Origin: a bacterium
GTDB taxonomy: Bacteria > UBA8248 > JACPRG01 > G963555815
Direction of reading: 5' to 3'
DNA: 64,000 nt
NCBI GenBank assembly: GCA_965249615.1
Contig: CBDFMI010000006.1
Location: forward strand, 444,132-508,131
Shown here: positions 1 to 9,831 of the stretch, piece by piece
Layout of the letters: every line of letters begins with the position of its first letter
Position numbering within the stretch: position 1 is the first letter of the stretch
Program-made: the position numbers and the translations under genes
Notes under the pieces: generated by a model
Seen by the model: only the letters and a program-made list of their open reading frames with translations
What the model was told of the DNA's origin: nothing
Database searches by the model: none

Positions 1-28
1 AAGGTGGTCATGGCCAGGCAGACTCCTC

Positions 29-733
29 TTGTTCACAGCCCTTTTTGTGATGGGTGTTGTGCAAGGGGGGGGATTTGCGCAAGAGCCGGATGTGACATTT
101 GAGGCGGGGCAGGAGGCGGTCCTCCAGCCGATCCCCGAAGTGAGCGACAAGTTTTTCGGCCAGAAGGTGGCTATCTTCTCTTTTGTCAACAAATCTCTCT
201 CTCGATATGCCTTTCTGGGGAACGCATCGAGCGATTTCCTCATTGAGTTCCTTCAGGACGCCGGCTTTCGGACGATAGAGGCAACGGGCCCCGAATTCGA
301 CAAGATTATGAGGGAGCTGAGACACAATGTCTCGGACCTCGTCGATGACGACACGGCCGCCCAAGTGGGAAAACACCTGGGGACGAACCTGGCCTTCATG
401 GGATCGGTGACGGACTTCAACATCGTGAAGGGAAAGGGCCGGCGGGGCATCTCGATCGGGGGGTTCGGCCTCGGCGGTAGCGGAGGGTCGATCGCCTATA
501 CTGTCCAGGTGGCGGGGCGCCTCGTGGACATCGAGACGCGGGAGATCCTGGCCTCCAAGACATCCGTCATAAAGAAAGTCTTCAAGGTGTCCGGGGGAAG
601 TTTCGTCACGCCCTGGGGGAGCTTCAGCCAGGATGCGGACGTGAACGTGGTGAACGAGACCGGCGGTAGGATCCTCCAGCAAGCGCTGAACGATATGATG
701 ATCAAGATGGTAAAACGCCTCAATAGATTCTAA
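29..733 (+). CDS. CsgG/LpoB-like envelope protein (curli production assembly/transport component CsgG family). Start uncertain: the frame is open to the window edge, and TTG at 29 is the first in-window start.
   Basis: Gly-rich core GISIGGFGLGGSGGSIAYTVQVAGRLVDIETREIL resembles the CsgG GGVG..YFGIG...VNLRVVNVSTGEIL signature; N-terminal hydrophobic signal-like segment. Confidence 0.4.
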   Translation: MFTALFVMGVVQGGGFAQEPDVTFEAGQEAVLQPIPEVSDKFFGQKVAIFSFVNKSLSRYAFLGNASSDFLIEFLQDAGFRTIEATGPEFDKIMRELRHNVSDLVDDDTAAQVGKHLGTNLAFMGSVTDFNIVKGKGRRGISIGGFGLGGSGGSIAYTVQVAGRLVDIETREILASKTSVIKKVFKVSGGSFVTPWGSFSQDADVNVVNETGGRILQQALNDMMIKMVKRLNRF

Positions 734-813
734 TCGGTTGCTTGGGGGCCTCCGTCGGAGGAGAGGAAGATAGCGCTGTTTTTCGAAGCCCGTCTTTGGA
801 ACCAGACCTCTTG

Positions 814-2259
814 ATGAAAAGAAGTTTATTTGTGCGAGGAGTCCTGAAAGGGGCCCTAGGGCTGGGGTTTGTCGCTGCCCTGGGCTTGATTCTGACACCC
901 GGGGCCTTTGGTTTGACCCTGGAGGAGGCGGCCCGACCATACCGGGGGAAGACCATCGTCCTGGGGGTGGCCTTCGCCCCTGCCATGAACGGCCTCCTGG
1001 AGCTTGTTGAGAAAGAGTTTGTCGCCCGCACCGGGATCAACGTAAAGATCGAGAAATATAGCCTTGGGCAATGGAACGAAAAGGGCGACGCTGACCTTTT
1101 TTCCCAAACTGGGCATTTCGACGTCCTTCAAATGCATCACAACCGGGCTCAGGACTGGGCCTTCAACGGCCATGTGCGCTGGATTAACGATTTCATGGAG
1201 GACCGAGAGCTCCGGGACCCGGACCTCGACCCTGAGGATTTTTTACAGCCCCTCTGGGATGACTACTGTCTCTTCGAAGACGGAAAGCGGGCCTGCTTTC
1301 CGTCGTTCAATTCTCAGGAGATCTACTGGTATCGAAATGACCTCTTCACGCACCCCGAGGAGCAGGCTGCTTTTAAGAAGAGATACGGGTATGACCTGGG
1401 GCCCGCGAAGACTTTTCAGCAGATGAAGGACATCGCTGAGTTCTTCACCCGAAAGAAGGATGAAAAACTCGCGGGGGGGATCTTGGAGGAAGATTTTTAT
1501 GGAATCGGCTTGTCAGGAGACCAGGAGCAGTCCACCGCTTGGGAGTGGTACACCGTCTTGCAGGGCTGGGGAGGAAGCCTTTTTGACAAGGAGGGGCGTC
1601 CCACCTTCGATCATCCCCGAAATATAGAGGCCATGAAGTGGTGGTTTGACATGCGAAGATTTGCCCCACCCCAGGTGGCCGAAACTGGCCGCATGGGTCT
1701 CTTCATCTGGATGACCAAAGGGAACGTTGCCCAAGCTATCCATCAAATTGACTTCTCTTTCGCTATTGACGACCCGAGGATCTCTAAGACCGTGGGGCTC
1801 TACGGCTATTCCCTTCTCCCCGTCAGGGAAGAGGGGATGGAACCGGGGGGATGGGGCGAGGCCGGGCCCTTGATCATCAGCAGATACAGCAAGAACCCCG
1901 AGGCGGCCTATCTCCTCATCCAGTGGATGAGCTCAAAAGAGGTCCAGGAGAAGTGGATTGAGGGGCCGGGAAGCGGGCTGCCGATCCGAAAATCCACGCT
2001 CAATCTTCCCTTTGTCCTAAAGCATTCGGCCTTTGCTCCTGCCATCCACAGTGCCCGGCGCGGGTGGTTTCAGCCCGGGTTCTCCGACTGGGCCACGGTA
2101 GAGCGGGTCTTTATCGTCACCCTCAGAGAGGCCGCCACCCACGAGACCCAGGTTGGAGAGGCTCTCGGTCGGGTTCAGAAGGGGGCCCTGGAAATTCACC
2201 CCGAGGGGAGCATCAATCCCGGCCAGCCCACAAGAAACGAGCTCTGGACTCACGAATAG
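814..2259 (+). CDS. ABC transporter substrate-binding protein (extracellular solute-binding family 1-like)
   Basis: ATG at 814 gives MKRSLFVRGVLKGALGLGFVAALGL, a signal/TAT-like N-terminus, then about 480 aa with the Trp/Tyr-rich pattern typical of sugar/solute-binding proteins. Confidence 0.5.
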   Translation: MKRSLFVRGVLKGALGLGFVAALGLILTPGAFGLTLEEAARPYRGKTIVLGVAFAPAMNGLLELVEKEFVARTGINVKIEKYSLGQWNEKGDADLFSQTGHFDVLQMHHNRAQDWAFNGHVRWINDFMEDRELRDPDLDPEDFLQPLWDDYCLFEDGKRACFPSFNSQEIYWYRNDLFTHPEEQAAFKKRYGYDLGPAKTFQQMKDIAEFFTRKKDEKLAGGILEEDFYGIGLSGDQEQSTAWEWYTVLQGWGGSLFDKEGRPTFDHPRNIEAMKWWFDMRRFAPPQVAETGRMGLFIWMTKGNVAQAIHQIDFSFAIDDPRISKTVGLYGYSLLPVREEGMEPGGWGEAGPLIISRYSKNPEAAYLLIQWMSSKEVQEKWIEGPGSGLPIRKSTLNLPFVLKHSAFAPAIHSARRGWFQPGFSDWATVERVFIVTLREAATHETQVGEALGRVQKGALEIHPEGSINPGQPTRNELWTHE

Positions 2260-2315
2260 ATCCTTTGGAGTGAGTTCCACCGTCTATCGATAGCCTTCAT
2301 CTTTGGAGGTGAAGG

Positions 2316-3248
2316 ATGCATCACGAGCTTCACGCTTCGCCAAAGACCGTCCATTGGGGCTTCTTTGACAGCCGGCTCAAGCCCGCTCTCTCCGTTGAGT
2401 CGGGAGACCGGGTGACCATCCATACGGTCTCGGGGGGAGGGCCGCCGGATCTCCTCAAAGACAAGATCAAGATTTTGCCGGAGCTCAAATCCATCCACGA
2501 GGAGGTGGAGCGGGGTGCCGGCCCTCACATCATGACCGGCCCCATCTGGGTGAAGGGGGCTGAGCCTGGGGATGTCCTGGAGGTTCGGATAGAAGATGTC
2601 CAGCTCCGCCAGGACTGGGGCTGGAATCTGATGCTGCCGCTAATGGGGGCCCTCTCCGAGAATTTCTGCCTTTCCCGCTATGTTGTCATCCCTCTCGATC
2701 GGGAGCGGATGGTGGCGAAAGGGCTTTCTGACACCCAGGTGCCCCTTCGGCCCTTCTTCGGGATCCTAGCGGTCGCCCCGCCTCCGGGATACGGGCGGGT
2801 CTCGAGCTTCCCGCCCAGAGAGTATGGCGGCAACATGGACAATAAGGAGCTGGTCCCCGGGACCACACTCTACCTCCCCGTCTTCAATCCGGGCGCCCTC
2901 TTTTCAGCCGGCGACGGCCACGCCGCCCAGGGGGATGGCGAGGTCAACCTGACCGCTATCGAGACGGCCATGACGGGGGTCTTCACCCTGATTGTCCGGA
3001 AAGATCTTTCGCTCAAGGTGCCCCGCGCCGAGACTCCGACCCATCACATCACGATGGGGTTTGACTCTGACCTGGATGACGCCGTGAAAGGGGCCCTTCG
3101 GGAGATGATCAAGTTTCTCGTAGAGGTCCAGGGTCTCAGCCCAGAGGATGCCTATACACTCTGCAGCATCGCTGTCGACTTTCGAGTGACCCAGCTTGTG
3201 AACAGCAATAAGGGGATCCACGCCATGCTGCCAAAGGATATCTTCTGA
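2316..3248 (+). CDS. Acetamidase/formamidase family protein (FmdA/AmdA)
   Basis: 310 aa. KTVHWGFFD...VTIHTVSGGGP...GNMDNKELVPGTTLYLPVFNPGALFSAGDGHAAQGDGEV matches the FmdA_AmdA fold motifs. Confidence 0.7.
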   Translation: MHHELHASPKTVHWGFFDSRLKPALSVESGDRVTIHTVSGGGPPDLLKDKIKILPELKSIHEEVERGAGPHIMTGPIWVKGAEPGDVLEVRIEDVQLRQDWGWNLMLPLMGALSENFCLSRYVVIPLDRERMVAKGLSDTQVPLRPFFGILAVAPPPGYGRVSSFPPREYGGNMDNKELVPGTTLYLPVFNPGALFSAGDGHAAQGDGEVNLTAIETAMTGVFTLIVRKDLSLKVPRAETPTHHITMGFDSDLDDAVKGALREMIKFLVEVQGLSPEDAYTLCSIAVDFRVTQLVNSNKGIHAMLPKDIF

Positions 3249-3337
3249 AGGTCAGAAGGCCTCCTTCGAACAAGAGTCGCTGGCTCTGATAGGGGGTTCG
3301 CTGGGAAGGTGAGGGACCCTCAGTCCCCAAAAGAAGA

Positions 3338-3372
3338 CAAAGGCCCCGGAGATTTCTCCGGGGCCTTTGTCG
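3338..3372. terminator. Bidirectional rho-independent terminator between convergent fmdA-like (+) and cspA (-)
   Basis: Perfect 10-bp GC stem GGCCCCGGAG/CTCCGGGGCC (3342-3365) with a 4-nt loop, preceded by an A-run and followed by TTTGTC. Confidence 0.55.
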
Positions 3373-3432
3373 CCATCATGAGGGCTGGAAACGGGTGTTG
3401 CCTGTTCCCTGTGCCCTTTGGCATGAACCTGG

Positions 3433-3669
3433 TTAAGGAGCCGGCTGTTCCGACTGTTCCGGCTGTTGGCCGGCCCTCACCACGTTCACGGCCCTTGGGC
3501 CTTTGGCGTCCGTCTCGATGTCGAACTCGACGGCTTCACCTTCCGAAAGGGTCCTAAAGCCATCTCCCTTTATGGACGAAAAGTGGACAAATACGTCCTT
3601 TCCGTCTTCCTGGGTGATAAAGCCAAACCCCTTCGCTTCGTTGAACCACTTCACGGTCCCACGCGCCAT
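3433..3669 (-). CDS. cspA: Cold-shock protein, CspA family
   Basis: [33 protein letters not shown]... carries the canonical CSD RNP1/RNP2 motifs; the long upstream untranslated region (3670-4037) is typical of csp genes. Confidence 0.92.
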   Translation of the reverse strand: MARGTVKWFNEAKGFGFITQEDGKDVFVHFSSIKGDGFRTLSEGEAVEFDIETDAKGPRAVNVVRAGQQPEQSEQPAP

Positions 3670-4037
3670 TCCTCACATCACCTCCTTTCTTCCTGCGGCC
3701 AGGAGTTTCCTCTTGTCACGGCGCGTCTTCGGGTCCGGCATAAAAAAAGCGAACCCCATGTCCGGGGCTCGCGGCACACTTCCAACGCGGACGGCCTGTC
3801 AACAGCACCCTGACAACTGGCAGCGAGAATGTATTATTTTCTTCCTCTTCTGTCAACTCTTTTCTTGGTTGCCGAGAATCTTTCGAAAAGCGAAACCAAA
3901 ACGGGTGGGGGAAGGGAATATTGATGATGCAAAGACCCCCTCAAGCCCGTCTTTTTTAAGAGGCCGTCAATTCCCGTTGACATCTTCAGGGGGAACTCCT
4001 AGCCTCCCAGCCAGGAGTTTTAGAAGGAGTCTTCGCA

Positions 4038-4877
4038 TTGAGTCGTCTTTTTGGTTTGGTGCTGGCCCAGCTCGTCATCGGCGGCGTCTCGCTCCTCCTC
4101 TTGGTTCCCTTGCAGACGCTCGGCCGGCGTTTTTTTCGGACCTGCACCTGGATCTTTCTTGGGATACTCCTTTTCAGCTACTGGCTTCAGCCCCCCCCAG
4201 AGGGATATACCCGTCTCGGTTCTTTATTTAGCCAGGGCCTCTGGGCCACATGGGAGGGACGGGAGTTCGGGGGCCTTTCCCTTTATCTACTTCTCATCTT
4301 CTTACATCTTGTCTCACTCTATGCTTGGAGAGACCGGCTGGTCCGAGGTCTCCTCGGCCTGAGCGTCGCCTGTGGCGCCTTTGTGCTGTTCAGCAACTCG
4401 GCGGTCATGACGACGGTCGACATGTCGAGCCTTCAGGTGGGTCTCTTGCCTATAAATTTTTTCCTCTCGGCCTTGGCCCTTGGGACCGTTTTCACAGGGA
4501 TGCTCTTCGGTCACTGGTATCTGGTGGACCCTAGCCTCCCCTTGAGGCTTATCCACCGTTTCAGTTGGCTCCTTGTAGCGGTTCTCGTGGCCCAGGGGGT
4601 TGCGCTGATTTCCTTCGTCGTCTTCGGGTTTGAGCCGAGGCACTTTGCCGCCGTGTGGGGGGAGGGCGCCCTCTTCTCCTCCTGGGGCGTTTTTTTCTGG
4701 GGACGAGCCCTCTTCGGCCTCCTCGGGACTCTCCTCGTGGCCCTGGTCATCCTCTATAGCCTTCGGATCCACGCTACCCGGACTGCGACGGGATTTTTCT
4801 ATATTGCCATCCTCACGGTTTTTACGGGCGAGCTGATGGGGCGGTTCATTCTGTTCCTGGCGGCCGTTCCCGTCTGA
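4038..4877 (+). CDS. Hypothetical polytopic membrane protein
   Basis: 279 aa with about 7 predicted hydrophobic helices; no recognisable family. Confidence 0.4.
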   Translation: MSRLFGLVLAQLVIGGVSLLLLVPLQTLGRRFFRTCTWIFLGILLFSYWLQPPPEGYTRLGSLFSQGLWATWEGREFGGLSLYLLLIFLHLVSLYAWRDRLVRGLLGLSVACGAFVLFSNSAVMTTVDMSSLQVGLLPINFFLSALALGTVFTGMLFGHWYLVDPSLPLRLIHRFSWLLVAVLVAQGVALISFVVFGFEPRHFAAVWGEGALFSSWGVFFWGRALFGLLGTLLVALVILYSLRIHATRTATGFFYIAILTVFTGELMGRFILFLAAVPV

Positions 4878-4964
4878 GGGCCTGCACGCTCCCCCTGATC
4901 TATCCAGGACAACCTTTTTGTGGGGAGGACCCGAGGTCGGGGCGCCCCCCCCCTCAAAAAATCC

Positions 4965-5441
4965 TCAGCGCATGGTCCAGCCGATATAGAAGGCGCCGGC
5001 GGCGAGGGCCAGATTAAGGAAGGTCCCGACCTGGAGTCTCCGAAGTACCTTCATCTGCTCCTCGATCGGCATGGTGAACTCGCGGAGCTCAAGAGGGGCG
5101 TTGGCCCGGGTGAGCTTGAGGCCAACGCCAAAGAACTGGTGACTGCTGAAGAAGATGATGAGAAAGACGAGGAGAAGTTTCAGACTCAGGGATTTGTAGG
5201 TGATGGTAAAGAAATTCGCCCCAATGGCGATCTTGAGATCCGTTAGGAGGAAAGCCCCCGTCATCAACAGGAGACCAAGGAGAAAGAGGGCGTAGGGGTG
5301 GTAAAAACGGAGGATGCCGGCAACCCGCGCCATACACTCCTCGGGGGCCTTCCTTCGAAGAAGGGGAATGGCAAGAACACCCATGGCGAAGAGTGAGGCG
5401 ATGTAGATGATGGCTGCAAAAAGGTGGACCTTTAGCAACAT
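4965..5441 (-). CDS. Hypothetical small membrane protein (4 TM)
   Basis: 158 aa, four hydrophobic segments; no recognisable family. Confidence 0.4.
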   Translation of the reverse strand: MLLKVHLFAAIIYIASLFAMGVLAIPLLRRKAPEECMARVAGILRFYHPYALFLLGLLLMTGAFLLTDLKIAIGANFFTITYKSLSLKLLLVFLIIFFSSHQFFGVGLKLTRANAPLELREFTMPIEEQMKVLRRLQVGTFLNLALAAGAFYIGWTMR

Positions 5442-5769
5442 TCCCCGGGTTCCATCCTAGCGAAGACATTCGGGGTCTCAAGGACCCAGTCCGCCTATAG
5501 GGCCCTTTCCTCATTGGAGGTCAGTCTAACCTCTCTTGGACTCTCGTCCAAGGGGGTTGTTTTGCGAGGACGGCAGGTTTCTCGAAAGGGACGGCTTAAG
5601 GGTGTCCGGGCTGAAAACGGGCTGAACAAAAGAGATCTTGCTGAATTTTGGAGAGGGGAGTATACTGGCGCCACTTTTTTACTAACAGATGTTCTCATCC
5701 AATCAGCCCATTCGCATCTGCTGTTCTCTTAATATATCGGTCTTCTATCGTCTGTGGGGAGGAGAAAAG

Positions 5770-6882
5770 ATGGAGATCACGTTAAGTGTCATTAAGGCGG
5801 ACATCGGGAGTGTGGGCGGGCATATCCGCCCGAGTAAACGACTGCTTGAAACGGTGCGGGACTTTGTCTCGCGAGAAGGGGCCTCCCTCGCCATCGATAG
5901 CTATGTGGGAGCGACAGGAGACGACATCGGCATCCTCCTAACCCATACCCGAGGGGCGAGCGATGAGGCCATCCATAAACTCGGCTGGGATGCCTTCAAG
6001 GCCGGGACGGAAGTGGCCAAATCCCAGGGGCTCTACGGCGCGGGTCAGGATCTTCTGAAGGACGCCTTCTCGGGGAATATCCGGGGGCTGGGGCCCGCTG
6101 TTGCAGAGATGACCTTCGAGGAGCGCCCCAATGAGCCCTTCCTCTTCTTTCAGGCCGACAAGACAGACCCGGGGGCCTATAACCTCCCGGTCTATCTTGC
6201 CTTTTTGGACCCCATGTGGTGTCCGGGCCTGATACTGAGCCCGAAGATGAAGGAGGGCTTTAAATTTACCATCATGGACGTGGCTTCCTCCGAGGAGGAC
6301 CGCGTCATTGAGCTCAACGCCCCAGAGGAACTCTACGACATCGCCACCCTCCTTCGGGACAACTCGCGGTTCGTGGTGGAGTCGGTTCACTCCCGCATGG
6401 ATGGGGAGATAGCTGCGGTAGTGAGCACATCGCGACTCCACAACATCGCGGGGACCTATACCGGAAAAGATGACCCTGTCATGCTGATCCGCTCCCAGGG
6501 CGGTTTCCCCGCCACAGGGGAGCTCCTTGCTCCCTACAGCATCGGCCACTTGGTGGCAGGCTGCATGCGGGGAAGCCACAACATGCCCCTCATGCCGGTT
6601 CACTACGGGAGCCCCATGTCCTTCTTCGACGGGCCTCCGGGCGTGAGCTGCCTTGCCTTCTGCGTTCACGAGGGGCGCCTCACTGAGCCGGCCGACGCCT
6701 TCGATCACCCGTTCTGGGACCACATCCGGGTGGAGATCTCTAAGAAGGCCGTCGAGGTCCGCCGCCAGGGCTTCTCAGGCCCCGCCATGCTGGGGATGAA
6801 TGAGCTGGAGTACACAGGGGTCGTGGAACGCCTGTCCCAGCTGGAGGAGCGATTCAGCGTGCGGGAAGAAGTGAAGGCCTGA
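5770..6882 (+). CDS. fbp: Bifunctional fructose-1,6-bisphosphate aldolase/phosphatase (archaeal-type class V FBPase)
   Basis: ATG at 5770 preceded by GGGAGGAG. N-terminus MEITLSVIKADIGSVGGH matches the hallmark FBP aldolase/phosphatase N-terminus (MK.T.SVIKAD.GG); length 371 aa. Confidence 0.85.
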   Translation: MEITLSVIKADIGSVGGHIRPSKRLLETVRDFVSREGASLAIDSYVGATGDDIGILLTHTRGASDEAIHKLGWDAFKAGTEVAKSQGLYGAGQDLLKDAFSGNIRGLGPAVAEMTFEERPNEPFLFFQADKTDPGAYNLPVYLAFLDPMWCPGLILSPKMKEGFKFTIMDVASSEEDRVIELNAPEELYDIATLLRDNSRFVVESVHSRMDGEIAAVVSTSRLHNIAGTYTGKDDPVMLIRSQGGFPATGELLAPYSIGHLVAGCMRGSHNMPLMPVHYGSPMSFFDGPPGVSCLAFCVHEGRLTEPADAFDHPFWDHIRVEISKKAVEVRRQGFSGPAMLGMNELEYTGVVERLSQLEERFSVREEVKA

Positions 6883-7135
6883 AAGACTAAAATCCCGCCT
6901 GAGACCGCGCTAGGGTTCGCAGACTTTTCCGAGGGTCCTCCGTGAGGGTCCTTCACTCGCCCTTTCGCATCAAACCCCTTCCAATTCAGTCTTGCGTGGG
7001 CCGGGGCTCTCTGGCATCTTGGTATCCGGAGTTCTCGACGACAGGCGCAAATGACGGGCATCTGGGAAGAGATGGGGTCCATTTGTTCCTAAATGGCTTC
7101 AGGGATGGATGAGTAGGGAGGAGTCTGGCGTGGCG

Positions 7136-7525
7136 ATGAAATTTCCTGACGAGCTGAAGTACTCAAAGGAGCACGAGTGGGTCCGTGTGGACGGGAACCA
7201 CACCACGGTGGGGATCACGGAGCACGCCCAGGCGGAGCTCGGTGATGTCGTCCACGTGGAGCTTCCTGAGGTGGGAGCTGAGCTGGAGGCCAGCAATTCC
7301 TTTGGGACGGTGGAGTCTGTCAAAGCGGTTTCCGACCTCTTTGCCCCGGTCTCGGGCAAGGTGACCCAGGTTAACTCCGCTCTTGAAGAGCGGCCCGAGG
7401 TGATCAACTCCGACCCTTATGAAGATGGTTGGATGATTATTATTGAGATGTCCGACCCCGGCGAGCTGGATGGCCTGCTCTCCGCGGATGTGTACGGTAC
7501 CTACGTTGAGGAAGAGGACAGCTAA
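7136..7525 (+). CDS. gcvH: Glycine cleavage system H protein
   Basis: MKFPDELKYSKEHEWVRV...VESVKAVSDLFAPVSGKV, with the lipoyl-lysine in the ESVKA context; RBS GGGAGGAG upstream. Confidence 0.9.
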   Translation: MKFPDELKYSKEHEWVRVDGNHTTVGITEHAQAELGDVVHVELPEVGAELEASNSFGTVESVKAVSDLFAPVSGKVTQVNSALEERPEVINSDPYEDGWMIIIEMSDPGELDGLLSADVYGTYVEEEDS

Positions 7526-7673
7526 GTGCGTTTCGTCCTCCGCACCGAAGTGGATGTGGCAGCCAGCTAGGCGGCCATTGGGGCGCCTGGCCTAGAAAGC
7601 CTGCTTTCCTCCACGGCCCCGCCGACAATACCGCAGGCCTGATTCCTCTTTTTTCAAGGAGTGAAGCGCTCCC

Positions 7674-9794
7674 GTGGACGGTTTACAGTCAGATACTGGG
7701 AGCCGCTGGTCTCTTCTGTGGCGGGATTGTTTGGGGTGGCTATCGGTCTCAGCAGGTCTGGGTGTATTTGAATCGATCCTTCTGGCCTTCCAAAGACCTG
7801 AGATCAATCCCTTCGCAGTGATCGATCTTTTGGATCTCCTGAGCTCCGCCATCGTTTTAAATTCCTTGATGATTCTCCCAGTCTCAGCGGGCCATTTCCT
7901 CCTGTGTTTTCGCCTTTTGGGAGATCGCGACCGTCGGGCGCAGGGTCGAAACACGTTTTTATTCCACCTCGTTGTGTTCCTCGCGTTGGTGTTCACCATT
8001 TTTATTGGCCGAAGACTCATCTTCACGATCCCTGCAGCCATCGTGATCGCCACGGCCCTTTGGTTCGGACTGAAATATACACCCAGGCGGCTGGCCCGTA
8101 TGTTCGGGCTGGGTGTCACCGTTTTCCTGCTGGCCTTTCTTTCCTACGAATTTGCACGGCCATTTTATCCCCTAAAAAATCTCCGCGAGGTCCGGAACGA
8201 AGACAGCGCACTTCCAAATGTGCTCCTGGTGCTTGTGGATACGTTGCGGGCGGATCGGCTCTCCACATACGGCTATTCCAGGGAGACGTCCCCGTTCATT
8301 TCAAAGCTCGCGGGAGAGGGGGCGAAATTTACGAATTTCTATGCGAACGCGAGTTGGACTCCGCCGGCGACGGCAACGATTTTGACCGGCGTATTTCCCT
8401 CAATCCATGGAATAAACGGAACGTCGTTCCAAAAGAAGGCTCCGGTTAAGACGCTTTGTGAGGTTCTGCGCGGACACGGATACAACACGGCTGCGTTTGT
8501 CGCGAACCCATGGATCGGTGAGCGCAGTGGATTACTCGAAGGATGCGACTATCACAGCCCGATGTGGAACCCCTTTAGGCGAAACCACCAGAGACGTGAT
8601 GTCCCAGATCCATCCGCACCCTCTTTCCTGATCCTCGCCAGCGAGCCGATGCTGGAAAACATTTTCGTCTGGAGAAAGTTTGTTTTTTTGCCACGCATTT
8701 TCGTTTGGAATAGATTTGTTTCTTTGTCCGATAGGGTTGTAACCAGCCTTTTCATAATTGACAGGAAGAAGAGCCACCTCCTCCGCGGGGCATTTCGCCT
8801 AATTCAGGAGGTTGATGGAGATGGGAATGATAACCGAGAGGAGATAGAAAATCGCATTCCTCGTGCGGATGAGTTTACACATGGAGTCTTGAACTACGTC
8901 GATTATGTGGCATCGGTGGAAAACCATGATGGCCAAAGGACGAAATTCTTTATCTATCTGCACTATGTAGAACCGCATAGCCCGTATCAGTCACCTGGGC
9001 GCTATGGTCGCCTGTTTGATCCCCACTATCCGGATGAGCGTGTGACTGAGTATCCGGATCCGTCTGAAAATGGGACCACGCCGGAATTGCCGGATGCGCA
9101 GCTGCACAACCTTCAAGCACAATACGACGGAGAGACCCGTTACTTTGATGACAACTTCCAGTTCCTTTTCTCGAATCTAGAGGAAAGGGGGTTCGTGGAT
9201 AACACGTTGATTGTCTTTGTTTCTGACCATGGAGAGGAATTCTACGAGCATCGGGGATTTGGGCATGGGGGAACAGTCTTTGAGGAAGTGCTCAGAGTGC
9301 CTCCCATTTTATGGTACCCCGGCAGCTTGCCCGGCGGACTTGAGGTGGAGGAGCCGGGATCCCAGGTGGATCTAATGCCAACGATTATGGAGGTCCTCGG
9401 TCTTCCGGGGCCCGGGGATTTCCAGGGAAGAAGCTTGTTGCCGCTCATATATGGGGAGGAGAGCGGGGCGGCCATCTATGGAGAAAGCTCACGCGAGCCC
9501 CCTGGCCGCGAGCTTAGTTCTCATCGGTTTTTAGTTCATGGCCGATATAAATTTATCAACCAGGAAAAACCTGAGACAGAGCATGAAAAATTTCTTTTTG
9601 ACCTTCAGTTGGATCCGAACGAGCAAGAAAACATCTACGGCTCTGAAAAAAAGATAGCGGAAGAAATGGAGTTGCTACTGGAAAAATTCGTCACATTGGT
9701 CGAGAATGACCCCCGGTACTCTGAAAACCCAGAGGCCATCGGAGTTGACCCGGAACTGGAGGAGCGTCTGAAGGCTCTCGGATACGTTGAATGA
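7674..9794 (+). CDS. Membrane-anchored sulfatase-family (alkaline phosphatase superfamily; LtaS/MdoB/EptA-like) transferase/hydrolase, paralog 1
   Basis: N-terminal ~5 TM helices, then LVLVDTLRADRLSTYGYSRETSPFISKLAGEGAKFTNFYANASWTPPATATILTGVFP (PF00884-like metal-binding/nucleophile region) and DHGEEFYEHRGFGHG. Ends ...ERLKALGYVE. Confidence 0.75.
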   Translation: MDGLQSDTGSRWSLLWRDCLGWLSVSAGLGVFESILLAFQRPEINPFAVIDLLDLLSSAIVLNSLMILPVSAGHFLLCFRLLGDRDRRAQGRNTFLFHLVVFLALVFTIFIGRRLIFTIPAAIVIATALWFGLKYTPRRLARMFGLGVTVFLLAFLSYEFARPFYPLKNLREVRNEDSALPNVLLVLVDTLRADRLSTYGYSRETSPFISKLAGEGAKFTNFYANASWTPPATATILTGVFPSIHGINGTSFQKKAPVKTLCEVLRGHGYNTAAFVANPWIGERSGLLEGCDYHSPMWNPFRRNHQRRDVPDPSAPSFLILASEPMLENIFVWRKFVFLPRIFVWNRFVSLSDRVVTSLFIIDRKKSHLLRGAFRLIQEVDGDGNDNREEIENRIPRADEFTHGVLNYVDYVASVENHDGQRTKFFIYLHYVEPHSPYQSPGRYGRLFDPHYPDERVTEYPDPSENGTTPELPDAQLHNLQAQYDGETRYFDDNFQFLFSNLEERGFVDNTLIVFVSDHGEEFYEHRGFGHGGTVFEEVLRVPPILWYPGSLPGGLEVEEPGSQVDLMPTIMEVLGLPGPGDFQGRSLLPLIYGEESGAAIYGESSREPPGRELSSHRFLVHGRYKFINQEKPETEHEKFLFDLQLDPNEQENIYGSEKKIAEEMELLLEKFVTLVENDPRYSENPEAIGVDPELEERLKALGYVE

Positions 9795-9831
9795 AGGTTA
9801 AAGGGCTCGACTCGGACTTGGTGCACACAGC

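Noticed and set aside
8-940. 310-aa minus-strand ORF overlapping the CsgG-like and SBP genes
   Set aside because: Pro/Arg-rich low-complexity translation. Antisense artifact of high GC.
6883-7135. Possible glycine riboswitch upstream of gcvH
   Set aside because: I could not find the conserved GGAGAG...CACCGAAGGGGCAA-type cores. Also, glycine riboswitches usually precede gcvT, not a lone gcvH.
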